The notes beneath the pieces are model-generated. The model was not told the DNA's origin. It was given only the letters and a program-made list of their open reading frames with translations, and did no database searches. Shown piece by piece: positions 38,561 through 50,521 of a stretch of 64,000 nt of DNA. The stretch covers positions 62,001 through 126,000 of the forward strand of contig NIVC01002524.1 of NCBI GenBank assembly GCA_002269645.1. Reading direction: 5' to 3'. The translations under genes were made by a program, and so were the position numbers. The first letter of the stretch is position 1. Each line of letters opens with the position of its first letter. This stretch comes from Macrostomum lignano (lineage: Eukaryota).

Positions 38561-40076
38561 GATTTTAGAACGGGAGTTTCTGGACGGAAAGGTTTTACAG
38601 AATGGGCAAATCCTTATTCAGGATCTTTAGTCAATTGGATAATTTAAATTATAATCTTATGGCAGACAATAAAAAGGAAATAATGTATTCAGAAGCCTCT
38701 TAATGAAGTTAAGAGTCTTGAGTAATTGTTTCACATATCAATTTGAATTGGTCAGCAAATTGACAGCTGCTAAGCGAATGAACCTGAACAAACAAATTCT
38801 ATATGCTTATGTTAAGAGCGTAAAAGTGTGGACTCCTTAAATATAATCTATAACAGTCTCGATAAACAATGGATATAGCAGGATAAACGTGTCAGATTAA
38901 AAAAAAACAAAAAATGTGAACAACAGAAAACTACAACAATGACAAAGAAAAATTGTGAGAAGCAGGTGGTTAAACAGCGTAATAGGATTAATGGAAATAG
39001 CTTAAGTTATCAAATATTCGATAAGCTGTGTTGGATCAATTTTGTAGCAAGATCGAGGCCTTGCAACGTGCCAGGTCAGAATGAGACTGCCCCTGGATAC
39101 AGACAGACAAAATTACTATAATATGCAGCATTTATTACTGTAATTAATATTATGCATCAGTGGAGGCGGTTGAGAATGAAACATTCAAGAGATTTTCACT
39201 TCTATCATGGCAAAATAGTCTAATCAAAACACATTAAGTTACTTTGTGCGAATGAACTTGCTACTCACACTAGCTACGCTTAAGTAGTATTGATAGCGTA
39301 TTCTTCTTAAAATCTACACAAAAAATTAAAAACGAAAAAGAGTAACAACAATCATTAGAAAACGAATGGATTAACAAACAGGACAACAATGCTTGCAATT
39401 TGCAACATTACTTTATAGCAGAGACTATCTGGCATAACTAATAAAACGCCTCACTACTTAATATATAGGTAACATTGATGGGCAACGCCAGTCAGTCAGT
39501 AGACACTAGCAGTTATTTTTGTATAAAATCGGCCTTCAAAACTCATTTTAATGAATATTTTTTTCCTAAAACGAACACCTACCCCCAGTCACAGATACTA
39601 AAATAACTAGATAGGCCACTCAGCTTTCTACTTTCAGTTCAGTAGCAAAGAAGAATACATAAGCTATTTTATAAAAATAAAGGCAGCTGAAATGACTTTG
39701 ATAAGTTTAGAAGCCCAAGCTTGCAGGCAGGGGCAGGGGTGTGGAAGGCGCGATTGGAGGGTTTAAGCTGGGGGGGGGGGTAAGAGACAATAAAAGAGCT
39801 TTGGCTTTGAAAATACATTAAAATGCTTCGGTTTAACTTGCTACTGAACTGAAAGTAGATTAAACGCAAATTGGCAAGGGGCCCATCTAGTTATTTTAGT
39901 ATCTGTGCCCCCAGCCAATGAAATTTTGAAGGCCGATTTCAACTAATGTTTGCAATCTTCTGGATAGACTAATCACGAGATTTTACGCTTGTCAGATTCC
40001 CGACAAAAGCTACGAGGAACATTATTTGAATGAGGTCAGTAAATAGTCATCTAGACACACATTAATATTAGCCTTC

Positions 40077-42071
40077 TTAATCCATGAACTTGCGGTTGGG
40101 ATTGCCGCCAAAAAGAATGTAACGCAGCTCGGGCACCATCTGCGCGCTGATCTGCTCCAGACGGCTCTCCAAGTTGTTACACACTCGAATTTTGCCAGCC
40201 CGACCGATTACATCAACGCCGCCAACTGAGTCTGGCGGCAGGAAATTCTGCTTATCAACCTGCAGTTTCACTGGCCGGCCGGTCTCACGCTTGTACCGAT
40301 CGGCTGCCGCGCCCATCACGCGCTCGACTAGGTGAACATCGGCCTGGCGACAGCGGAGCACCGCCTCGGGTTCTAGCAGTTGGAACAGGCCCTGAGTAAC
40401 CAGGCCCTCCATTAGCTGGGCGTATCTGGGCGGGCGGGTGTAGTTTATGAGTTTATAGCAAGTCATAGAACAGAGCATTTATACATTGTTATTACTATAG
40501 ATAAGGGTGGATCTGAAGCTCACGCCCCCCCCCCCAAGGCACACAGATCGTACAAGCGTGACGAAGAGAAATTCCGGGCCAAGAAACATCCCAGAGTCAC
40601 TTTAATCGTCCCAGAGTCACTTTAATCGTCCCAGAGTCACTTTCATCGTCCCAGAGTCACTTTCATCGTCCCAGATGTTACTTTCATCGTCCCAGATGTC
40701 ACTTTCATCGTCCCAGAGTCACTTTCATCGTCCCAGAGTCACTTTCATCGTCCCAGATGTCACTTTCATCGTCCCAGATGTCACTTTCATCGTCCCAGAG
40801 TCACTTTCATCGTCCCAGATTCACTTTCATCGTCCCAGATGTTACTTTCATCGTCCCAGATGTCACTTTCATCGTCCCAGAGTCACTTTCATCGTCCCAG
40901 AGTCACTTTCATCGTCCCAGATGTCACTTTCATCGTCCCAGATGTCACTTTCATCGTCCCAGAGTCACTTTCATCGTCCCAGATTCACTTTCATCGTCCC
41001 AGAGTCACTTTCATCGTCCCAGATGTCACTTTCATCGTCCCAGAGTCACTTTCATCGTCCCAGATGTCACTTTCATCGTCCCAGATGTCACTTTCATCGT
41101 CCCAGAGTCACTTTCAGCGTCCCAGAGTCACTTTCAGCGTCCCAGAGTCACTTTCATCGTCCCAGAGTCACTTTCATCGTCCCAGAGTCACTTTCATCGT
41201 CCCAGAGTCACTTTCATCGTCCCAGAGTCACTTTCATCGTCCCAGATGTCACTTTCATCGTCCCAGAGTCACTTTCATCGTCCCAGATGTCACTTTCATC
41301 GTCCCAGATGTCACTTTCATCGTCCCAGATGTCACTTTCATCGTCCCAGAGTCACTTTCAGCGTCCCAGAGTCACTTTCAGCGTCCCTGAGTCACTTTCA
41401 TCGTCCCAGATGTCACGGTAACAAGTCGCCAAAAAGTGGCCTAAGAGTCCATTTGAGGCGTTTTATTGTCCATAGAGTCGTATCTGAGGCGTGCTGGAGT
41501 CGTTGTAGAATCACTGAGTTGCGTCTAAAGCGCCTCTCTGTTGACCGTCGCATTACAGTCGTTAAAAAGTCGCTAGAGAGTTGTTTGCAATGACATTTTT
41601 TGGCGATTCTTGTAACGGTAATGTTTTCAACGTATTGATTTGGGCCTAAAGTGTCAAAAGACCCCTGCAAACCAACTAACAGGAAAGTTCCATACCAAAT
41701 TTCAAGCGCAAGCAGTTTACCCAAGCTTACTTTCCCTGGTCCTTGACAATCTCCCGCAGGCGCTGCGTGGTCTCAGTCAGAACGTCGCGCAGGTGCTGAT
41801 CGCGCGCCTTCAGCACCCGCAGTCGGCCGTCGTTTTTCATATTGGAGTGCTGAATCTTCTTCTGCAACTCAGTCTGCTTCTCCTTTTTGCCATAGAATTC
41901 TAGGATCTTGACGCGTTCCTGCTGAACTAGACGCGACTTTTCAATGTTGAACTCTTCCTCGGCCTTGTTGTCAATCTCTTCTTTCTTCTCGTTGGCCTCC
42001 TGCTCGATGAAGGCCATCATCTGCTTGATCTGGCGTTCCACATCCGCGTCGCTTAAACCGCTACCGGACAT
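40077..42071 (-). CDS. ATP6V1E1: V-type proton ATPase subunit E, 229 aa; complement(join(40077..40425,41731..42071))
   Basis: [29 protein letters not shown]...EEEFNIEK and [16 protein letters not shown]...[12 protein letters not shown]; phase-2 intron AA|gtaagc...cgcccag|A; 690 nt in total. Confidence 0.96.
40588..41415. repeat. 20/21-bp minisatellite (GTCACTTTCATCGTCCCAGA) in the ATP6V1E intron
   Basis: About 40 units. Confidence 0.95.
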
Positions 42072-42187
42072 TTTTCTAGCTTAGTAGATTAGATTAAATT
42101 ACAACTGATTAATTACGACAGGCCTGTGGGACTTCCCAGTCATGAAAATTGTTTGATTAGCGATGGCGTTAACAGACACTCTATTCA

Positions 42188-42590
<403 letters not shown>

Positions 42591-42965
42591 GATATTATAT
42601 ACATATTGAAATACGCAGCTTGCGGCATAATTGAAGGCCAGCTGTCAGCATGATAAATTAAATTGAGCACAAGTTCACTCTGAATAGAAACTGCGCAGTG
42701 TTCGGACTTCCGACACCACACAATTCAAAGGACTTACAACTAGAAAAGGCTTAAAACAGCAAATAACTAAGACATAAGCCAGTTTTTTAATCCACGTAGC
42801 AGCATCGAGCGCGCGCACGGAGCAGAGCCTGCAGGCAGAGCAGCAGAGTAAAGATTTATCAATCAACTTATCGCAAACATCTGGCCACAAGTTGAGTCAA
42901 TCGGTCTCTTGGTGTAGCATGTAGCTAAATTATATCTTCGCCTACGTTCAGCCTATATTGGAACT

Positions 42966-43385
42966 TTAGCGAGGTCCCTGTGGACGGGCAGCGAATCCGC
43001 CGGCTCCCTGCGGGCCGCGGCCGCCCTGAGCGCCACCGGGGCCGCCTGCGCCCTGGTCCGGCCGGCTTGGGCCGCCAAAGCGGGGCGGCGGCGTGCGGTC
43101 CTTGCGGGCCTCGTGCGATCGGTTGCGCACCACCTTGGAGTGGATGGCGCAGCTGACGCAGTACTGCAGCTTGGCGTACAGCTTCGGCAGAGCGTAGGTG
43201 TTGGCCTCGTACACGGAGTTCTCGTTGATGTCGCGAACGGCGGCGGCTTCAACAATATTGCGGATGATGAACTTTTTAATTGATTTGTCCTTGGGCGTGC
43301 ACCGGCCGCAGTTGGTGCAGCGGACAATGCGGACGTGGCCGCGGCCCTTCTTGCTCCGTCCGTGATTGCGTCGCTTAACAGTCAT
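42966..43385 (-). CDS. RPS26: 40S ribosomal protein S26 (eS26), 139 aa, with a Gly-rich C-terminal extension
   Basis: [31 protein letters not shown] and [25 protein letters not shown]; uninterrupted CDS. Confidence 0.97.
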   Translation of the reverse strand: MTVKRRNHGRSKKGRGHVRIVRCTNCGRCTPKDKSIKKFIIRNIVEAAAVRDINENSVYEANTYALPKLYAKLQYCVSCAIHSKVVRNRSHEARKDRTPPPRFGGPSRPDQGAGGPGGAQGGRGPQGAGGFAARPQGPR

Positions 43386-46300
43386 GCTGTGTACTGTGCT
43401 GGCTGAGGGGAATATATTTATTCAATTATAGGAAATTAGCTACTCAACTTAACAGCTTCTCATAATGTCGATTGTCGATCATTCATTTTAAGTTCTAGAT
43501 TTCAGTAGATGCTCCTGCATTTATTATTCTAAAGACTGACCATATATTGAAATTTTTGTGATAATCAGCATGTTTTTTATTATCAAAGCTAATCAGGCTA
43601 TACAAGCTAGAATGAGCCCTAAAAATAGAGAAGCAGGCACTGTTTATAGGGGTTGTAGTTGTAGGCTATACATACTTCAAGCTAGTATACTCAAGGACAA
43701 CTCACTTTGATATTAATAAATATAATCTAATAAAATAAAGCCAAAAATATAACTTACTTTTTTCCTTACAATTTTTAAACCTTAAAATTCTTTTAGATAA
43801 CCAAAAAGTTGCTAATTATGCAAGTTAATTTGATTTTTCAAATTACAAGCTATGTGCCTTAGATTTATAATCTTTTAAAGCAGAGATTTTAATATTCCAA
43901 TAATATTTTTTAATAAATTACATAAAATTTAATGCACATGTCTTGCTTTGGCAGTGAGAGTTAAAGGTGCTGTTTTATGGGGTCATATGCAATAGACAGT
44001 TTGATTCAATGCATTTATATATTATATAGTGGATATAATAATTTTGGAGCCCAGTTAAAGTCAAAAAAACAAGATTCTAGCAAAGCTTATGGTGCCAATA
44101 GAGCCCAGTTCAAGGCAAAAAAACTATGAGTCCAACAAAGCTAATGGTGTCAATGGAGCCTAGTTTGAAGTTAAAAACATAAAAAAATAGTTTTTCTTAA
44201 GAAAAAAGTAAATGTATACTTTGTTGCCAATAATAGTATCAAGTTATAGTAGCAACTAACTAGAAAAAGTCTTAAGACAACTATAGAAGATGGCTCTTGG
44301 GATCTTTACTTACAAATAAAGTTCCCTACTTGCAAAGGACTTAGCACTTGTCTTAGCACTTGCTTGTATTTAAAAAATAGAAACTATATACCAAAGGGTG
44401 TTGTGACATACATGCGCAACAGTCGGCCGAGTTGGCCAATCTGGCCAACTGATTTGGCAGCCAACCAAGGTAAGTTGCAAAAATGCCCATCCAAATAAAT
44501 ACCAAAGTAGTACTAAGTAGATGATGAGGCATTTTGTCTTAATAAGACAGTCATAGTTACTCCTGTCGTTTACCCAAAGTTGTGTTAATTTTGCTTCAGG
44601 GCTTCTTTTACATATAAGTCACATTTTTGGCCAAAAACTACATTGCATTTTTGTTAAAACTAAGTTGCATGGGCACTAGTCAGCTGTTGCCCTTGCCCTC
44701 CCCCCCAGGCTTCTGTCTGCTGCTGGGGCAGTTGCTTGTCCCTCCTGCCTACCCTCTGGCCTGTCTTTTGCCTATTTGCTTGTTTGTCCTTGTTTGCCCC
44801 CGTTTGCCTCGTGTTCTCATTTTGCAGTGCCTAGATAGCTTGGTTTGGCCTGCCTCTGTTTCATTCTTTGTTTGGCACCTCCAAATTTGGAGTGCCATTC
44901 TGTTTTCTGGTCCCACAGTCACGAGTGCCTTCACTTGTGGGCCTTTCCCCTTGTCATGTGAGCCAGTCACATGACAAGGCCTTCTTTTTTCTTTAGTCCA
45001 AAGTGCAATGATTTCATCATTGTACGCTAGGCTCATGTTTATGGGGAGATCATGTGCACCCAGACCCCCTTGTCTCCTCTGAGGCAGGGCCTGCTTGTTT
45101 GTTGCTAAAAATAGCAATAGTCACCTGACTCTCAGCAAGGGTCTTTTGTGCTATGGTGCAATCGATCCTCCCTATAAATGCAGCCCCTTTCATGGCTTGG
45201 CTCAGACAAGCTTTTCAGCCTTTCTGTTTTCCCGAGTAACCATTGTCCTAGTCCAGCGTATACTTTAAGTTTGTATACTGAGTTCGCATCTGAGTTTGAA
45301 CTCCCAAGACTCCTGACTTTGTGCATGACTACCTCTGATTGCTCTTGCTATCAATTAGCAGACCAGCTTGGATCGCCCGAAGCTAGCACTTTTGCTCTTA
45401 CCCCACACCAGCCTGGTAGGGACTGCTGATGGTGGGCACCTCTGCGTGAGAACTGCTAAATCTGCACAAAGTGCAAGTCTCTTTCTCTCATCTTAGTTAG
45501 TTGCATCTACAAGCTCAGCACCTCACCAAAGGCTGCGACTCTGCAAAGCTGGTGGCAGCACTACCTATGCTACAAGTATTGTTTCTAAGAAACTGGCAGC
45601 TAGAGGTCACCGTCCTGCGCTAGGAGACCTACCAGGCCATCTCCAGCCAATATCCCAGAAGCCTATACTTCAAAAACAAGGTTTTGTTTTAACAATTTCC
45701 ATTTGAGTGCGCCCTGGTGCATGTGGCAATGGGGTTGCCATAGTTAATTAATTTTTATTTAAATAGTTATTCAAATGCGTGCCCATATTTTCTTGCGTGA
45801 TTGCCAACCTATGGGGCCAACTGTAGTTCAATGACCTCACCTTTCCCTCTGTTGGCCCCAAGTATGGACCATTTGTTGAAATTTATTTTTCTAATTTCTG
45901 GCCCAATGCATTTTCATTAGCTGTTTTTAATCATTTTCTGCATGTTTTCAGTCAGTTTTTACTCAATAGCCATTGCCTGGCCCCGGTATTGGCGAGTTCA
46001 GGCCCCACACCTAGAATTAATATATATGTCTTATTATAAATAAGTTGCGCTCTGTTTAATTTCTGCATGCTCTTTCGCTCCCCCTCTCCTTTCTGTTTGC
46101 ACTTTTGCTCTCGTCTTTTTACTGTTAGATTAGCATATCAGTTTCTTTATTTTAAGTTTTCATTAGCGCACTGGTGCCCATGAAATCAATTGTCAGTAGC
46201 AATTTATTTTGATCTATAAATAACCTGCTCAAGCTATTAATAATCTGCTTCAATAATAAATATTGACAACTTAAACCTTTAATATTTATTTCATTGACAT

Positions 46301-47145
46301 AAGCCATGGCCTATCTTGAATCATTTGCCTGTGGGGCATAAAATAAACAAATTCTCAACTCAAAGAAAGCTCTGAGACCCTTTACAGGTCATTACTAGTG
46401 GCAGCAACTACCCTACTGAAAAGTAACCAGCTCAGCAAATTGACACATTAATTTATGGCATCAGCAATCTTTGGTGTTTCAATATTTGAACAACTGTGCC
46501 GCTCTACAACCACTCCGCTACAATTACGACTACCCCCCCTTGGACTTGAGAACCCGGCTGTCAGAGTAAAAGGATAAGAAATTTGTTGTGATTTGTTTAC
46601 ACAATTTTATGGCTTCATTTGTGCGAATGCAACGCTAACCAGTTTCGAGGAAACCCCAATCCCAATTTTCAAACCAAATCATTTATTTTCTTTCTCCACC
46701 CCCACCTCAAAATACTTAGACCTATTCTAAGAAATATTCTCAGACTTATTCTAAGATAAATAAACTCATAATTTATTAATAGAATATAAGCTTGGTGACA
46801 GTAAGTAAGATTAACAAAATAATAATTAAGAGCCCTGTTACAACTATAGGGAACAGCAGTGGGATAATTTTAGTAAAATGAAACATACCTGTAACAACTT
46901 TGGTGTCAGCAGTTGAGATTTCCATAGAGAGCCAAAGGGCCTATAATATTATTGTTAGAAATAAAATATTCTATAGAATATATCATTCTTGGATTAGATA
47001 CAAAACTTATAAAGAAAGCCATGAAGATAGCAAATTCCTGTATGCCAATAACAATGGTATGCACAAAAGACAAAACATTTAAAAGATAATGCAAAGCATT
47101 TCTTCAAGACAAATATGGCATTGGTAAGCCCTAACTCAAAATGAA

Positions 47146-47594
47146 GGCAGTGCTTATCTCCACGGTACTATAGGAATAATTTCTGTCTTATTCCAACAGT
47201 ACCGTGGGAATAATTTTCTGCTTATCCGCACGGCACACTGACGAGATAGCTGGCCCATCTTCTATATATGCTGTGGGAATATTAATTTAGTACTTACGGT
47301 TTAAGTGTAGTATAACAAAATAACTAAATAGGCCTAGAAGTAAAGATTTAATGGCTTTTTTATGAAAAAAACGCTGGTTGTGGTGTTGATCTAGATCAAC
47401 AGCTTCTTAGTATCCTCAATTTAAATTCCCTTTCAAAAAGCTATAAACTATTCACATACAGCATATATATATAGAAAGAAGATATGGCAGCTATCTCGTC
47501 AATGTGCCGTGCAGATAAGCAGAAAATTATTTGTTGGAATTCGTGGGAATAAGACAGAAATTATTCCTACGGTACTGTGGGGATAAGCACTGCC
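47146..47594. mobile_element. 449-bp non-autonomous DNA transposon (MITE) with TIRs of about 130 bp and a 9-bp TSD (Mutator/Merlin-like)
   Basis: Ends are GGCAGTGCTTATC...GATAAGCACTGCC; arms at about 47146-47275 and 47458-47594 are imperfect reverse complements; CAAAATGAA is duplicated at 47137-47145 and 47595-47603. Confidence 0.88.
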
Positions 47595-48415
47595 CAAAAT
47601 GAAATGCAATGATAGGCCTATTGTTTTTGGTTCCAACCAAAGGTCTAAAAATTTCTGCCACATAAACATATTTATAAAAAGATTATCTCATATAGTGTTT
47701 TCATTGAAAGTACAATTCTATAGTTTATAAAATATTGCCTTTTATATTTACAATGGGGTTCAAAATGTTTGTCATTCAGCCATTTTAAAAACTTGATTTT
47801 CAAAGCACTGTGTAAAGACAAAAGTGCTTATAATATGGAATATATAGGGTATGCTCATATAGTGTTTTCTTTCCATGCCTTTTAAAGTTTATTTTTGCAC
47901 AAAGCCTGAGCACCTCTCTGGATTTTTAGCAAAATGGATAAGAAGAAGTACTGAGCACTCAACACATTTTTTCACCTTGAAAAGGCTAAAAAAATCAATA
48001 GCGATTGAAAAGAAGGAGAGTGTTTAAGCATTAAGTAAATTAATAACTAATATGTAGGTAAAATGCTAAATAAACTTAAGATCATATTAACATCGACTGT
48101 AAATATAAAATATTTTTAACATTTGCCACTGATTCTGCCAACGTTGTGAACTAAGACGAAGTTAAAAATGAATACTCATTAAACTTAAATTTGCGGTAAA
48201 AAGCAGCGATAAAACAATTTTTTGTTAGGTAAAATCTAAATTTCAATACACATCAATGAATATCATTTGCTGTATTGTTTGTAACAGCAATAAAACTTTA
48301 AACTTTTAAAATTTTAATTAATTTTTTTACATTTTAAGAATGCAAAACGACGTAAGTTTACTCTGCTACCGCTTTCATGCCTTTCAACCTCAGTGTGCAC
48401 TCTGTCGGGTCCATG

Positions 48416-48493
48416 AGAATTGCCCGCAGACGAATTGCCCGCAGACGAATTGCCCGCCGAGATATGCCCGCAGGAGATTTTCCCGCCGAGATT
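48416..48493. repeat. Short array of about 16 bp (GAATTGCCCGCAGAC-like), about 5 units
   Basis: Visible tandem copies; may be the subterminal repeat of a decayed element. Confidence 0.6.
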
Positions 48494-49084
48494 AAAATTT
48501 TAAAATTAAGGCAAAAAAGAACTGCTATAGGATTTCTTTCCTGTGTATTTTATTAATTATCTTCAGAAATTCCCATCACGATATCTGTAAATCAAATTAT
48601 ATAGAGTGATAGTGTCGTTTACTATCCGCAACTTAGAGTTCATTACATCTTTAACAACCAATTGGCGCAATATAAATTTCAACTCCTGATTTTCGAGACT
48701 ACATGTACTTGTAGAATTGTACTTTTGTCATATACATGTACATGTACTTGTACTTGGATTCAATTTATTGAATTGAATAAATTGGGCTATACATTGTCAC
48801 CAATTTACACGTAGCTATAATTTTTTTCTTCTGAAATGCTATAAAGCGAAGTTTTCGAATACTTTTCTCAAATACCTTAAATATTATAATTAGCTCTGCC
48901 GAATAAGTCGCTGATCAAAGCACTGCACTTGGAGCTACATATTCTGGCAAATGAAAAGGCATCCTTACTTACTGGTTAGTATGTACAGTAAGTGCGAGAA
49001 TGCACGCGATTTTGGTGCAAAAAAACACAGAACTGCAATTACGCCTCTTAGAAATAATGAAACTATACCGGTATTCTGCAAGTT

Positions 49085-50521
49085 CTAGAGCTCGGACTTA
49101 ACGCCCTCAAACTTGTTGGGCCGTTTCTCGGCGTGGAATTTCTCAGCTGCGCGAACAAACGCGCGCACCTCCGAGTTCATTAAGTCGGGCAGTTCGAAAG
49201 CGGCAAAGTGACCGCCGTGGTCGAAATCAGCGTAGTGCAACAAGTTCGGATTGGTGACCCGGACGAAGCGCTCAGGAACACGGGAGAGCTCGTGGGCCAG
49301 GCAAGTCACTCCATACGGCACATCGGATGGCATTGATTGATAAGCTGAGGTAGCTTCCATGTCGCTGCCGAACGACTCCTTGTAAAGCCGCATGGACGAA
49401 GTGATGCTGCCAGTTGTCCAATAGATCATTACATTAGTCAGAAGCTCGTCCAGGCTGAATGTCGCCTTCAAGCCGACTAGGTTGCCATTTTCGGCAAAAA
49501 GATTCCCTGGCAAAGTCCACACGCTGAACTTTTCAATGATGTAGGCAGCCAGGCCCACTGGTGAGTCTGACAGGGCGTGGCCCACTGAGTCCGGCCGAGT
49601 CGAGTGTAGATGCATGTGCCCCGACTCTCGAATCGTGTTGCCGAACTTCTCCAGGTAGGGGAAGAGCTTGCCACAGTCCAGCCTGTTGAACAGGACACCT
49701 TCTGGCAGGAATGATCCCAGAATCGTCTGGATCATTATCGACGGCTGACGAACTGGCTGAGCAGGCATATTTGTATGAAAGCCGAGCACTCGCTCCGGAA
49801 ACAATCGAGGCATCACGTGACCGATGACGCTGCCGAAATCACCGGCTTGGATGTAATACTGGCGATACCCGAGCCTGACCATCAGCTTGTCGAACACTCG
49901 AGCACAGGCAGCGGCACTGAAGCCTCGCTTCTTCGCCGCTTCGGACCACCCGTATCCCGGAATCGAGGGAGCTACAACTTCGAACGCCAACCCGTCCGTA
50001 TCTGGAGTCGTCAGCAGTGGAATCAGCTTGTAAAACTCGAACACTGACCCGGGCCAACCGTGCAAAATCAACAGAGGCACTCGCTTCTTCACCCCCTTCT
50101 TCGACGGTTTCAGGTGCATAAAGTGCACTTTTAGTCCTTCGATCCGAGTGAAATAGTTCGGAAAACTGTTCAGGCGATCCTCCCAGACTCGCCAGTTGTA
50201 TTTGTTGAGCCAGTGAGACACCAGCTGCTTCATGAAGGCGCCGTTGAAGCCGTACTCGAAGCCGGAGTTCTCGACCGGCTCCACAAACTTGAACGCTTTC
50301 AAGCGCGACCTCAAATCGTCGAGTGTTGCATTGCTGACAGACAGTCTTGTGGCTTCCACCGCTTCGCCGTCGCTGCTTGAGTCGCTCGAGGCACCCCAGT
50401 TGAGCGTGGCTGGCAGGGCCGGCTTATCCGGAGCTGCGAGATTGTCCAGGCAGCCGAGGCCCGCAAGAAGCACGAATGCCAGACAGGCAGTGCAGGCCAG
50501 TGGGAGCAGAGTGTTGCACAT
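49085..50521 (-). CDS. EPHX1: Microsomal epoxide hydrolase (EPHX1/JHEH family), copy A, 478 aa, intronless
   Basis: N-terminal signal-anchor; HGWPGSVFEF oxyanion motif; nucleophile GDFG; DSPVGLAAYIIEKF; acid HEL; GGHFAAFE catalytic His. Confidence 0.95.
   Translation of the reverse strand: MCNTLLPLACTACLAFVLLAGLGCLDNLAAPDKPALPATLNWGASSDSSSDGEAVEATRLSVSNATLDDLRSRLKAFKFVEPVENSGFEYGFNGAFMKQLVSHWLNKYNWRVWEDRLNSFPNYFTRIEGLKVHFMHLKPSKKGVKKRVPLLILHGWPGSVFEFYKLIPLLTTPDTDGLAFEVVAPSIPGYGWSEAAKKRGFSAAACARVFDKLMVRLGYRQYYIQAGDFGSVIGHVMPRLFPERVLGFHTNMPAQPVRQPSIMIQTILGSFLPEGVLFNRLDCGKLFPYLEKFGNTIRESGHMHLHSTRPDSVGHALSDSPVGLAAYIIEKFSVWTLPGNLFAENGNLVGLKATFSLDELLTNVMIYWTTGSITSSMRLYKESFGSDMEATSAYQSMPSDVPYGVTCLAHELSRVPERFVRVTNPNLLHYADFDHGGHFAAFELPDLMNSEVRAFVRAAEKFHAEKRPNKFEGVKSEL

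Noticed and set aside
44395-45700. Possible solo LTR or decayed transposon (TG start, TATA-like box, small hairpins)
   Set aside because: No second LTR, PBS/PPT, TIR pair or TSD could be identified by eye.
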